A DNA stretch of 63,365 bases, the filler included, from Octopus bimaculoides (lineage: Eukaryota): the NCBI RefSeq assembly GCF_001194135.2. It is 6 parts of 6 records of this genome, joined end to end, with 100 filler letters (N's around TTAATTAATTAA, not from the genome) between each part and the next. Parts side by side here need not be neighbours in the genome. Positions count along the whole stretch, not along the records: positions 1 to 20,686 come from NC_069003.1; positions 20,787 to 32,260 come from NC_068985.1; 4 more parts are not named here. One strand, written 5' to 3'. The notes under the pieces are model-generated. The model was not told where the DNA came from and searched no databases. It was given only the letters and a program-made list of their open reading frames with translations. Positions 14,045 through 26,134 of this stretch are shown here, in pieces; the first letter of the stretch is position 1; every line of letters begins with the position of its first letter. A program made the position numbers and the translations under genes.

Positions 14045-16345
14045 AAGGAAACGTAGTTGTTGCTGATGAGAAGTGTTCGTGTTATTCCATCTAATCTCTA
14101 AAGGTTAAAGAGTTTCTAGTCGATGGAATTGAAACCATATTTCACTATAAGTATAACTAACGTGTTGGAAACTGATACGATTTCTAGGGTTGAGCACCAC
14201 CTTACTCTTCCAGATTACATTTTTCGGGTATTTCTTTTAATTTAAGTGTGTTGAATTCCGTCACCCTACTATATGCCAAGATATTCTTTAAGTGCACCAG
14301 AGTAATTTCTAGTGCTTAGGTCAAGTGTGGTGGATGATGTCATTCACCGTTAGAAACCTGCTTTTGCGCACTTATCATGTGCCTTTTCTATTTCTATGTC
14401 GCTGTTAAACTGTTTACCTACCGTTATTAAGAGTCCTTTCAATTGATCATTCTTGACATATAGTCCATGTCATCCATAAAGAATAAATGAGTGATTTTGC
14501 TACTATTGATTTTGCATCTGTACCCACCGTTATTCAGCTCACTAGAAAATGAGAGGGAGATCATACAAAACAAGAGGAGCGAAAGAGAATCGTCTTGGGA
14601 TATTCCACAACGTATTTTGATTTTACTTGATTGCATAGTTTAGTTATTGAGATTTATATACAGAGATTTTTTTCTCCCACTTTGTCATAATATGTCGAAG
14701 GCAATTACTAGAGTGAACTTGTATTTTTGGAGAGCTTTTAATACCCACTCATGGAGAACATTGACGAAAGCTTCGCGGTAAACGATTCATGCAGTACTTA
14801 ATTTCTTACTCTTTATACGACAATTTTTTAGTTTCATTTGGTTAATCATCTGTTTCGCTTTACAGTCATAGGAGTTCTTTTTACCTTCTTTCTGTTCTTT
14901 TAGAATATTATGCTTCCTTCAAGGAAAGAGAATACTGTTTCAAAAGGTATTCAAATCAGAATATTGTTAATAACGGCAAAGCATCTAATAGGACTTTACT
15001 TCCTGCTTTTCTTTTTCTTTTAGTTACTAATATATAAGTTAGAAGGTACGCTGTGCCTTCTGTCAACCAGTTGGGAACTTGCTCAGAATTTCGTATTTAT
15101 TTTCTTGGCTAATGCATGGTGCATTCTTGTAGTGGTATTTAAACAATAATCAGGCATTTGTTTTTATTCTTAGTGATTTCTCGTTGTGTGTTTCTATAAA
15201 GGGCTGACTAAGCTCTGACATTTTAAACCCGATCCATCTTTCATTCTTTCATTTTCCATATTAATCCAAACTGCTTCTTCATTATAATCTTTTTGAGTAA
15301 CTTCAGATATTCCAAAATCCCTTATCTCTCATATTTGATGGATCTTCTACTTCTATTGGTTGTTTCTTCATTGCTCCCTAAAATTTCTTTGCGTCTGTTT
15401 GGAAAGTCTTTTTTTCTCCGTTTTGCTTTTTCTTTTAAAACGTTGGGGATTGAATTTCATGCGGTGTTCCAGCATCTCTTAAAAGGTAAGGAGAATTTAC
15501 ACATCTCTTAATTTGAATATTATTTTAACTTTATTTTTGGTTTTGACATTAATTCTTATTGAGAGTTCAACAGCAATCAACCGTTTTCTTCACTGATGTT
15601 TAATTTGTTTCTGTTCTTTGATTTTCCACTTTTACTACTTGTTGACATATTCACTTTTCCCTTTGAGTTCAATATGCTAGCTCAAAGCCTCAACCGTTGT
15701 GTATTGAACGTTAATTATGGTTATTAAGTCAGTTTCATCTCCCCTCATTATTTCTTCCATTAATGCATTACACACTTTACTCTCATATGCTTTTTTGTCA
15801 TTGTTTTGCATGTTTGGCTGCTGGACTCCATTCTTCATATCATTGCATAGGGTTATACACAATTCTGTAAATATTTTCCTTGGCTTCTGCCGTTTCATTC
15901 TTATCTTCTTCAAGAACTGATATCTCCTCTTCCCAATCTTCGACATCTGGGGCCTAATTTGCTATCTTCTTCATAAGCATAATTACTGTGTCAGGTTTCT
16001 TTTCAGTCATGTTATGAACATTTACTACAGGCTTTCTAACACTGTCTGTTTCATTTTGTAAGACTTGCTTATGCACTTGAGTATTTCTCGCCTTTATTAA
16101 ATTTATTTCAGCTTGTGAGAATCTTTTCTTTCTTATGATTTACATGCACGTATGTCCTACTTCGTTCGTATTTAGTCATGTCTTTTTGCTTATTCCTTTT
16201 CTCTATTTGGTCAATAACTGTTCTGCTATACAATGTCATAAACTATTCTGTATTGTGTAAAAAAAAAATTCATTACGTATTTATAATCCTCTCATGCTTA
16301 TTTCTGCTTTGAACTTTGATATCTTGTGTTATTTTATGGTACATA
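14045..16345 (-). mobile_element. R4/Dong-clade non-LTR retrotransposon remnant: N-terminus, RT and thumb, with frameshifts and stops
   Basis: Recoverable motifs: RKKRFSQAEINLIK; EQKEGKKNSYDCK; LSTA*IVYREAF..LHEW; IRCGISQDDSLSLLLFC; ITHLFFMDD; KEYLGI; NTLVILIVKYGFNSID. Confidence 0.88.
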
Positions 16346-16600
16346 TTCCAACGGTTCAGGGTTGGGTTTTCTTTGTTTCTGATCCTTCTATCAAGTGTTG
16401 ATATTTCCTCCTTAGTCCATTTAAAGAAGGACGCACTTTATCTGACCACCGCCACGACCCAGATATTCATTGCTGTAATCAAATGTTTGGCATTCAGGTT
16501 GGATTTCAACACCATCTTCACCAGTTTTGATAAGCCTCGCTGACTTTGACTTTTTTTTTTTGTCATCCAGCTCCAAAATCCCTAAATATCTATACACACT
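16345..16600 (-). mobile_element. R4/Dong post-RT fragment from a second subfamily
   Basis: YRYLGILELD, then LVKMVLKSNLNAKHLITAMNIWVVAVVR*SASFFKWTKEEISTLDRR. Confidence 0.8.
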
Positions 16601-17019
16601 ACCGTGACATGGGGATCTCATATCAAGAAAAACAGCACATGATCTCGCAGATGAGGCCCAGTTAGAATTTTTTTCACGTCAAGCAGCCCATCCTTCTCAA
16701 AAGCTTTCTGCAAAAGGGTAGTTTTAGGATGTTGAAAGAAACACCCATATTTCTAGAGGTGAATTATTCAACCCACAAATAACTCCTCTCAGCGGTGAGG
16801 TGGTACAAACGTTACCGGGCCGGACGAAATACTTAGGGTATCTCTCTCATCGCTACGTTCTGAGTTCAAATTCCTTCGAGGTCAACTTTACCTTTTATAC
16901 TTTCGAAACCGATAAATTAAGTACCAGTTGAATACTGGGGTCGATGTACTCGACTCATCCCCTCCCCCTAAATTGCTGCCCCTGTGGCAAAATTTGAAGC
17001 CATTATTATTATTATTTTC

Positions 17020-18035
17020 TTGGTTCTAGATTGAACTTAATCGTTATAGGACTCGTATGAATAGCGGCTTATTACAAGTAATCTTACATGTCCACGCAAA
17101 TTTAATTAGCCACCACGTTCTCAAAACCCTTCTTATGATCTTCCCTGTTCCTAAGGCGCTAACCTACTTTAAAATCTCTAATACACCATTCCAATCTCTT
17201 TTATCCATTTGTCGATTTCATAATTCACAGTCCCCAATGCACCAATTATCACAGGAGCAATCTTCACATATTTGATATTTCAAGTCCTCGCAATTTCAAA
17301 TTTTAAGCGGTAGTAGTTTTCAACTTTTAATCTGCTTTAAGCAATCTTAATCTGCCTTCTTCACAGCTGCAGAATAAAACGGATATAATGAATCAATCAA
17401 TATGCAAACTCAATTTCCCTTGTCTATCACTAGAATAGTCATGATCCATCTGCTTGTACACTTGAATGAGAAAATCCTATGTAATCTTGCATGTTTCCGA
17501 TTCAAATTTTAGTTGATGATTTCACCATACAGGTTTTGCTTCAAACACTCATTTTTTACAAAGCTCAGATAAAACTTTCATAACTTGATCATGTCTACAT
17601 TTCTTATATTTTTCCTAAACCAACTAGGGGTTTTCTGCAACAGTGTATGCTATTGTTTCACCGCAAACTTCACATATTCTATATTTTAACGACACCTTCA
17701 CCCCATATATATATTTCTTCAATTTGTTTATTTGCAGTGCTTGATCTCGAGGTGATAAAATAAGGCCTTCTGTTCGTTTTTCAGTTGTTTTTTTTTCTCA
17801 CTAAACCCAGTATTTTCTTCTATGTACAACCTCAGTGATTTACAAAACTGATCACGCTAGCATTTTTCTTCAGTCTCTTCAATATTTCATAGAATAATAT
17901 TGTTGCTATTTTTACCATCTGTCTTGATCCACTGTCCTCTAGTTACTGTTTTGGGTGACTTTTCTGCGCTGCACTGCAAACAGTCAAGTGAGCTGCTTCG
18001 TTTCATTCTCACACACTCTTCAACACCAATGGGTA
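17020..18035 (-). mobile_element. R4/Dong 3' portion: zinc knuckle, restriction-like endonuclease, 3' UTR and (AAT)n tail
   Basis: IGVEECVR; TEGLILSPRDQAL; ICEVCGETIAY; YKKCRHDQV; KIT*DFLIQ; APVIIGALGTV; SALGTGKIIRRVL. Confidence 0.85.
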
Positions 18036-18768
18036 AAAGAATACAATTTGTGTTCAGACGAGAGAATTACGTCTGAGTACCTATTGAGGATTGAGGTTTT
18101 ATGAGGGCGAAGAACAGAGAGAAATTCTCTGCAACACAACTTACAAACAGCGATTAGTGTTGTACGAGAAAGACCTATAAACTACGGATCAGGATAAGAA
18201 ATAGGGAATATTCTTGGACTTGAGTTAGTGTATGTATGTAGAGGTTACATTTGAGAATGAATGCAGGTGAACCCAGTAGCGGGATTTGTAATAGCCAGTG
18301 CCGCCACTGTAGACTATATTCGATATTATAGCGTAAACAAAACCCATCTCTGTGGCATCTTAGGAAGTGTCTTCTGCTGTAACATCGGACCAAATAAACG
18401 TTCTGAGTCTATTTGGCAGAGGGAAACTAAAAGAAGGGCGTCGTATGTGTATGAGTGCATGTGTCATTATATTAGCATTTGTTTCAAACCACTGCTTCAC
18501 AATCGGTGTTTGTTTGTTCCTGTCCCCGTAACCTGGCAGTTCCGCAATAGAAACCGATTGAATAGGTACCAGGTTTTATGAAATATGAATACTTGCGTAG
18601 TGACTAATGACTTTAAATATAAAGGATTTTATATATATATATATATNNNNNNNNNNNNNNNNNNNNNNNNNNNNNNNNNNNNNNNNNNNNNNNNNNNNNN
18701 NNNNNNNNNNNNNNNNNNNNNNNNNNNNNNNNNNNNNNNNNNNNNNNNNNNNNNNNNNNNNNNNNNNN

Positions 18769-18810
<42 letters not shown>

Positions 18811-20214
18811 GACGAAATCACCTTGCTGTTAGGACGATATAATTGGTTCATTAGATGTTTCTGGAAGAAGACATAGCTCTGCAAGAAACTTGTTCGGAGC
18901 CTTTTTCCTGAACTAAGATATATTACATCTTTCCTACTTATTCCTATTATCTTCATTCACGACTAATTTCTCCTTCTTCGAAGACAATAAATTTCAAAGG
19001 TTTATTTTTAGCGTTCTCGAGTTATTTCAATATTTAAAATGTTCTCACCTTTTTCTTCCGTGCTACGATATTATTTGCAACTACTACGGATATGCAAAGT
19101 TTATGCAAAATATTCTTGTGATTTTTATGGTTTTCAATTTTGGCGCGAGGCCAGCAATTTTGAGAGAATGGGTATGTGGATTACGTCGACCTCAGTTCTC
19201 TTCTGGTACTTATCGATTTCAAAGGGATGAAACGCAAATCAACATTAGGTGACATTTGAACTCTGAATCTAGAGACGGATTAAAAGACGCTAAGCCTTTT
19301 CACTGGGATGGTGGCTAACGATGCTACCAACACGAAGTGTGATGGTTAAGCAAACAAAAAAAGGCGGTTTCTAAATTCCATAATAGAACTCTATATACTT
19401 ATATAGAGACATATACAGGTGCACATATACAAAGGCACATATACAGACACAAAAATGCGCACGAACTTATACAATACCGTGATTTTCTTTCTTTGAAATA
19501 TATTTACCATGTTACACGAGAGTTCAATATATTTTGCTCTGTGAGACATCTAAAAATCACATGTAAAACTAGTATCCATCAGCATTTGTGCATACACTGC
19601 CAAATATGATAGCCAGCTAACTAGTTATACATACATACATACATACATACATACATACATACATACATACATACATACATGCATGCATACATACTCGATC
19701 CAGATTACAAGATCAGATTTATATTTATAATTATTGCAGGGAGTTGCTCTACAATTCGACGGACGGGACTGTTTTTTTTTTATCAAATATTTTTAAAGTT
19801 GTTGGGGATTGCAGGAGCGTAGCAACGCCATAGAGAATGGAGGAAAATGCTCAATATTCAGGGCCCTTATATACATACATATATANNNNNNNNNNNNNNN
19901 NNNNNNNNNNNNNNNNNNNNNNNNNNNNNNNNNNNNNNNNNNNNNNNNNNNNNNNNNNNNNNNNNNNNNNNNNNNNNNNNNNNNNNNNNNNNNNNNNNNN
20001 NNNNNNNNNNNNNNNNNNNNNNNNNNNNNNNNNNNNNNNNNNNNNNNNNNNNNNNNNNNNNNNNNNNNNNNNNNNNNNNNNNNNNNNNNNNNNNNNNNNN
20101 NNNNNNNNNNNNNNNNNNNNNNNNNNNNNNNNNNNNNNNNNNNNNNNNNNNNNNNNNNNNNNNNNNNNNNNNNNNNNNNNNNNNNNNNNNNNNNNNNNNN
20201 NNNNNNNNNNNNNN

Positions 20215-20281
<67 letters not shown>

Positions 20282-20686
20282 TGTTGTATGTGGAGTTGAG
20301 TGGCATTACGCCAAAAACCTGTCAATACACGTGTGCATATCAAGAACCATGCAAACAAAATAGAAAAATATGCCTGTGTATGTGTGTGTGTGTGCTTGTG
20401 CCTATGTGTGTGTTTGCGGGTGCAGCGGTGTATTGTGTAAGCATGCACATTTACACAATTACATATATACATAGACTCATATATATGTACGCATCCATAT
20501 ACATATGTACTTACATATAAAGACACATACATACATAGACTGCATGTTGCATAGAGAAAGAACCAGATATCTGGTCGTATATACGTACATGCAAACACAT
20601 ATGTACACGCATATACGCACTTACATGAATATGCATAAACACATATATACGCATTTATGGTTAAATAATATATATATATATATATA

Positions 20687-20786
20687 NNNNNNNNNNNNNN
20701 NNNNNNNNNNNNNNNNNNNNNNNNNNNNNNTTAATTAATTAANNNNNNNNNNNNNNNNNNNNNNNNNNNNNNNNNNNNNNNNNNNN
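20687..20786. other. Assembly pad N44-TTAATTAATTAA-N44; the same 12-mer also at 32305, 57960, 59562 and 61746
   Basis: An identical six-frame-stop 12-mer centred in 100-nt gaps. Confidence 0.95.
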
Positions 20787-20956
20787 ATGGTAGTTTGACC
20801 TTAGAGTCCCTCATAGCATGAGGCATTCTTGTATAGTGATGCCCTTATATAAATAAATATATTTTGGGGAATAAATGATGGATTTTTTCCCTTATGAGGT
20901 TTTTTTCATGCTAGCTACTTGATAAATTCTTGTAAAAGAATTCATCCTATTATTGA

Positions 20957-20992
<36 letters not shown>

Positions 20993-21173
20993 TCGTCATT
21001 TACCATCCATTTTTCATGCTGGCATGGGTTGGACAGTTTGACATGGAGGTGGTTAACAGGGTGCTGTCTAGACTTCAACTGCCTATTGAAGCATGGTTTC
21101 TATGGCTGGATGGCCTTCCTAATACCAACCACTTAACAGAGTGTGCTGGGTGCTTTTTACATGCTACTAGCAT

Positions 21174-21215
<42 letters not shown>

Positions 21216-21711
21216 GTAATCTCTTGACTATTGCAGGTGTCATGTTTATAATTTGTATATATTTATTTCATTATAAATGCAAAACAACACCACACACTCA
21301 CCTCCTGAGTTCCATTTTCCATATAGTATGTGCGCAATTCTTTATTTACTCATCTACGGTACACTACGTATTTTCTTTTAATATATTTGAATTAATGTGT
21401 TATACAGTGCAGTACTGTACTGTAGTTTTTTTTTTTAATTTATAGGCATGGAAATGCTTATCTTACTACAGAAATAATTAAAATCTAAAAAAAATATAAA
21501 TAACTATCGGTCGCAGAAACCTGCAATATACTGAGGAGTCAGTAATATAAATTTACATATATNNNNNNNNNNNNNNNNNNNNNNNNNNNNNNNNNNNNNN
21601 NNNNNNNNNNNNNNNNNNNNNNNNNNNNNNNNNNNNNNNNNNNNNNNNNNNNNNNNNNNNNNNNNNTATATATATATGTATGTATATAGATATATATTGT
21701 TGTGTCTGGGT

Positions 21712-22090
21712 GGAGGCGCAATGGCCCAGTGGTTAGGGCAGCGGACTTGCAGTCATAGGATCGTGGTTTCGATTCCCAGACTGGGCGTTGTGAGTGTTTA
21801 TTGAGCGAAAACACCTAAAGCTCTACGAGGCTCCGACAGGAGATAGTGGCGAACCCTGCTATACTCTTTCACCACAACTTTCTCTCTCTTACTTCCTGTT
21901 TCTGTTGTGCCTGTATGTCAAAGGGTCAGCCTTGTCCCACTGTGTCACGCTGAATATCCCCGAGAACTACGTTAAGGGTACACATGTCTGTGGAGTGCTC
22001 AGCCACTTGCACATTAATTTCACGAGCAGGCTGTTCCATTGATCGGATCAACTGGAACCTTCGATGTCGTATGCAACGGAGTGCCAACAA
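21712..22090 (+). mobile_element. Full-length tRNA-derived SINE (family D)
   Basis: A-box TGGCCCAGTGG (21722-21732), B-box GGTTTCGATTCC (21765-21776), and tail CAGGCTGTTCCATTGATCGGATCAACTGGAACC...GTGCCAACAA. Confidence 0.85.
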
Positions 22091-22102
22091 ATGAACATTG
22101 AA

Positions 22103-22344
22103 TCTGGAGAGAGTCATTCTCTTTTTGTACCTTATTATTTAATACACTCAGTGGTTCAGTTTCCACTCATTTCTTTATTTTTTCTAAAATTTTTGTTGCA
22201 TCTTGCAATCTTTTCAATAGTCGACTATCAAAAAGGTTGCAAGAAACAACGAAAATTTTAGAAAAATTAAAGTAAATGAGTGGAAACTGAACCGGTGAGT
22301 GTGTTAAATTAATAAGGCACTAAAAGAGAATGACTTTCTCCTGA
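22103..22344. repeat. Long imperfect palindrome (fold-back) with no spacer
   Basis: Arms of about 120 nt, roughly 87% complementary, centred on ATAGTCGACTAT (22217-22228). Confidence 0.9.
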
Positions 22345-22833
22345 CACGACAAAATATGCTTCAACACACAAACTCACATAAAGAATCTTGCAAACCAAAT
22401 CCCAAAACTATATATATGCATGTGTGTGTGCGTGGGTACACACACACACACACACACACACATACATGCCATGGATTGGGCTGTTTCACAGAAGCCAGCA
22501 AACTAGAAGTCTGCACCAAACCCTACTGTCAGCTTTGGGATGGTTTCTATGACTGGATGACCTTCCAAATGCCAACCACTTACAGAGAGGACTATGGGCT
22601 TTTATGTGGTACCAGCAGCAGTGAGGTCACCAAGCAGCTTGCAAGACACTCCTCCCTTAACTAATGGGGAGGAGTGCCATAGGAGGTGACTTCATGTCAG
22701 GTGATGAGGGAATAGAGTATGATAGCACGAAAGAAACATGTGTCTTGCAGCTAAGAAGGTATGTGGGTACCTTGGTAGGGAGAGAAGAGAGGGAGAGGAG
22801 AGTGAGAGAGAAGATGATTAGAATTTTACTTAC

Positions 22834-22978
22834 CTAAATGTATCACTCTGGCATTATGTTTATGAGCCAGGCACATCAACCTGGTATCCATATAACCAAA
22901 AGTAACAATAGAGGTTACCTTATTCCAGTCATATTTCAACCAGGACTGCTTACTTTTTTCTACGCTGAAGATAAAGAC
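22834..22978 (-). CDS. CTBS: Di-N-acetylchitobiase (GH18), coding exon 2
   Basis: Acceptor TGTTGCTTTCAG, then 145 nt encoding VFIFSVEKSKQSWLKYDWNKVTSIVTFGYMDTRLMCLAHKHNARVIHL(G), then donor AG|GTAAGT. It closely resembles human CTBS VFVFDVGQKTWKSYDWSQITTVATFGKYDSELMCYAHSKGARVVLKG (recalled). Later exons were not found in the window. Confidence 0.93.
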
Positions 22979-23066
22979 CTGAAAGCAACAGACATATTTA
23001 TAGAATTTCAATAACCAGTTTGATAATAAAACAATCAGTTTGATTATCAAACAACCAGTTTGATAA

Positions 23067-23261
23067 TAAAGATTGTTTGCCAACATAACATGACAGTCCT
23101 TGTTTAGCCCCAGGAGACATTGTCTCCAGCTGGCTATACGGCACAATCTGTGTCCTTATATTTTCAAATAAGGGAATTTATCTAGCTGGAGGCGATGTCT
23201 AAATTACAGCAACATTCATCCTAAACCAGGACTGCCATGTTATGTTGGCAAACAATCTTTA
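23067..23261. mobile_element. MITE with 41-bp terminal inverted repeats and TA ends
   Basis: TAAAGATTGTTTGCCAACATAACATGACAGTCCTTGTTTAG matches its inverse with 2 mismatches. There is also an inner inverted pair AGACATTGTCTCCAGCTGG / CTAGCTGGAGGCGATGTCT. Confidence 0.85.
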
Positions 23262-24174
23262 CTCCAAAGTACAGTGGCTGAATATCTCATATTGTAAGAT
23301 TTAAAAATAGCAGTTTGATAATGTTCACTACAAAAAATTTCAAATAGAATTTCGTATTAAGTTTTTATCAGTTTTATAAAATAGTGAATGAGAGATAATA
23401 TTTTCAAATATTCTTTTCTCCTCCACCAAAAATTTGAGCACAACGCCCACATTTTTGGTGGAGGAGGCCAGTCGATTAGATCGACCCCAGTACACAACTG
23501 GTATTTAATTTATCGACCCCAAAAGGATAAAAAGCAAAGTTGACCTTGACAGAATTTGAACTCAGAACGTAAAGACAGACAAAATTCTGCTAGGCATTTT
23601 GCCCAGCATGTTAATGTTTCTGCCAGCTCGCTGCCCTGTAATTTTCAAATATCAGAAGAGAAATATTTCTGATAAATCATCAGATATATTAAAATCAGCA
23701 ATACTGGTAGGTTTTCAGAATATTTTCTCTTCAGAATTCTTGTATTTTGATTCAAAATATCACAATAAAATGTTTGTGGCATCTTCCTCATGTCTAAATT
23801 CAACAGCATCATTCCTCATTAGTTTAAAAGAAATATTGTTGACCAAGAATTTTTCTGACCAGATGCCCCTCCTTATTGCCAACCTCCACTTGTTTCCAAG
23901 CAAGGTAATATTTCCTCATGACAGGAAATGAACAACACCACTTGTATGACCCTGATACTCGTTTACAACTATCACATGAAGTCAAGACCTCGAGAATCAC
24001 ACACACATAAACAAACTGACAGGCGAAACTTGAAGTTGTACTCAACTTGATCTTTACCAGATATCTCTCTACATACATATATTTATTATTCTTTCACAAG
24101 AATAATGTTGATAGTGACTTTGAAGTTTCAGCTTCCATTGGGCTTAACCTTTCTGTTACCAACCCGGCTGAAAT

Positions 24175-24249
24175 GGCATATGGCGTAGTGGTTAAGAGCG
24201 CGGGCTACTAACCCCAAGATTCCAAGTTCAATTCCAGACAGTGACCTGA

Positions 24250-24285
<36 letters not shown>

Positions 24286-24430
24286 CAGCATCGAAAAATA
24301 CCTTAGGAATGAGAACCCACGTTCGAAATTACCCCAAGACATCTGATGAAGGCTGAAGGGTATATCAGCCGAAACGTTGTGTTAACAACAAACAAGATGA
24401 GGACAAATATCCGTCAAATGTAAATAATGT
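24175..24430 (+). mobile_element. tRNA-headed SINE-like element carrying a hammerhead ribozyme (copy 1)
   Basis: A-box TGGCGTAGTGG (24181-24191), anticodon-like arm GGG-CTACTAA-CCC, B-box-like AGTTCAATTCC (24225-24235), (AAT)n spacer, hammerhead, and tail ATATCCGTCAAATGTAAATAATGT. Confidence 0.85.
24338..24383 (+). ncRNA. Minimal type I hammerhead ribozyme (PLE-type)
   Basis: GACAU-CUGAUGA-A-GGCUGA(AGGGUAUA)UCAGCC-GAAACGUU/GUGUU: intact core, 6-bp stem II, palindromic ACGU in place of stem III, and stem I GACAU:GUGUU. Confidence 0.7.
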
Positions 24431-24638
24431 ACAAATGTCTTGTTTTCATAAGTTTTGAATTAAAATCTTCCACCAAACCTTAGTCACAATTTATGTTCCT
24501 AACACTAGCTTAATGATAACTAAATTATTTTACTAAATTCTTTGCTATATTTAAAATTAGTTGAAAGAAACACAGAGCATCTCAACAGAAATATGGTCAC
24601 AAAAGGGTTAAAATATATAATAGAGAAACAATTCTTAA

Positions 24639-24859
24639 CCCTTTCGTTACCAACCCAGCTGAAACCAGCTCTGGCTCTGTAGTACAAATGTCTTGTTTTC
24701 ATAAGCTTTGAATTAAAATCTTCCACCAAACCTTAATCACAATTTATGTTCCTAACACTAGATTAATGATAACTAAATTATTTTACTAAATTCTTTGCTA
24801 TATTTAAAGTAACTGAAAGAAACACAGAGCATTTCAAAATAAATACAGTAAAGAAAGGG
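24639..24859. mobile_element. piggyBac-type MITE copy 2, intact
   Basis: TTAA|CCCTTTCGTTAC...GTAAAGAAAGGG|TTAA. Confidence 0.85.
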
Positions 24860-25958
24860 TTAAACATACAGAAACTTCGAAGTTACTGTCAACACTATTC
24901 TTGTAAAAGAACAATAGACATGTATTCTGCAAAAAATGTTAGATACTCCTACAGTTTAACCCAAAATTGTTTTTATTATAACTCAACATAAAAAAAACAA
25001 ACAATACCTATATAAATATATATATATATATATCATCATCATGCTGTCATGGGTTGGATGGTTTAACAGGATCCAATGTGACCAAGGACTGCATCCTGTT
25101 CCAGTGTTTGTGCTGGAATAGGTTTTTACTGCTGGAGGTCCTTCCTAATGCCAACCACTTTACAGCATGAACTTGGTGCTGGGTTTTTTTCATGCCAGCT
25201 GCAATATCGAGGTTGCTGCAGTTCACAGGACAAGCCCTGGAGGGCTGGGACAGACAAGAGGAGAGGAGATAATATGAGGGGTAGGGGCAAAGCAGGTTCC
25301 TGCAGCAGGATCTGCATGGCTACTCACATCTAGTAGAGAAAAAAAAAAGGGGTGAGAAAGATAAATGATAAGGTGCTCAGCTGGTTCTACAAGGCACAAG
25401 CTGAAGAGGGGTGGGTAGGTGGGTGGGCTTGCAAGATTGTATGGGGAGGTGAATGAGGGGTGGGGAGTCAGACAGCCAGAATGAATAGGGTTGAAAGGCG
25501 GATAAAACAAGAACCATGAGCCGAGAAAGCGTTGGGGCAAGCATCATTGACACCCCTGTGTGATTGGAAGAATGGACTAGTCGATCTCTTATAAAAAGTA
25601 GCGCATTGGTTGAGGTACATTGAGGATTGTCATAAGAGGTACATTTTTGACTGAGAAGAAATATATTTTTTACAAATGTTCGCTACCTTACTAAACCTAT
25701 ATTAGCTAAGCAAATGACCTTTGCTGAATCCATTAAAAACATTAATAGCATAATCTGAATGCCATCTCAGAAAATTATCCCTGTTCTCCTTGATATAAAA
25801 GACAAATTTAGGTGGGGTAAAATGGGTAAGCCAAGCAAAAGTAAATTTGCTTCTCCAATTCTCAAGAATCACATCTAAAAAAAGACTCAAGACATCACTA
25901 ACCATCCTTAGACATCAGAAAAATCAGAAATGCAACAAAAATTTAAAGTACTAGGTCA

Positions 25959-26134
25959 GCATCATCATTTAACGTCCACTTTCCATGCTAGAATGGGTTG
26001 GACAATTTGACTGGGGACTGGCGAACCAGATGGCTACACCAAACTCCAATCTGATCTGGCAGAGTTTCTACAGCTGGATGCCCTTCCTAACACCAATCAA
26101 TCTGAGAGTGTAGTGGGTGCTTTTTACGTGCCAC
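25959..26134 (-). mobile_element. RTE-type 3'-end retroposon fragment (family C) flanked by a ~220-bp direct repeat
   Basis: GGATGCCCTTCCTAAC motif and (GAT)n tail. Related copies at about 20990-21180, 22465-22640, 25032-25200 and 63019-63365. Confidence 0.75.

Larger units (their letters stand above)
24148..24607. mobile_element. piggyBac-type MITE copy 1, interrupted by the hammerhead SINE
   Basis: TTAA flanks (24144-24147, 24608-24611), CCTTT...AAAGGG ends, and a body nearly identical to the adjacent copy 2. Confidence 0.8.

Noticed and set aside
18200-18330. Minus-strand peptide VYSGGTGYYKSRYWVHLHSFSN resembling a PLE GIY-YIG segment
   Set aside because: Too short and degenerate to support without a search.
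21712-21785. tRNA gene-like sequences (also 24175, 32529, 34520)
   Set aside because: They lack a complete acceptor stem and continue into repeat bodies; they are SINE heads.
1-22820. Search for CTBS exons 3 onward (DGINID, GVPWYG, WYDNP motifs)
   Set aside because: No match found by eye; partial hits near 4125 and 11260 run into stops.
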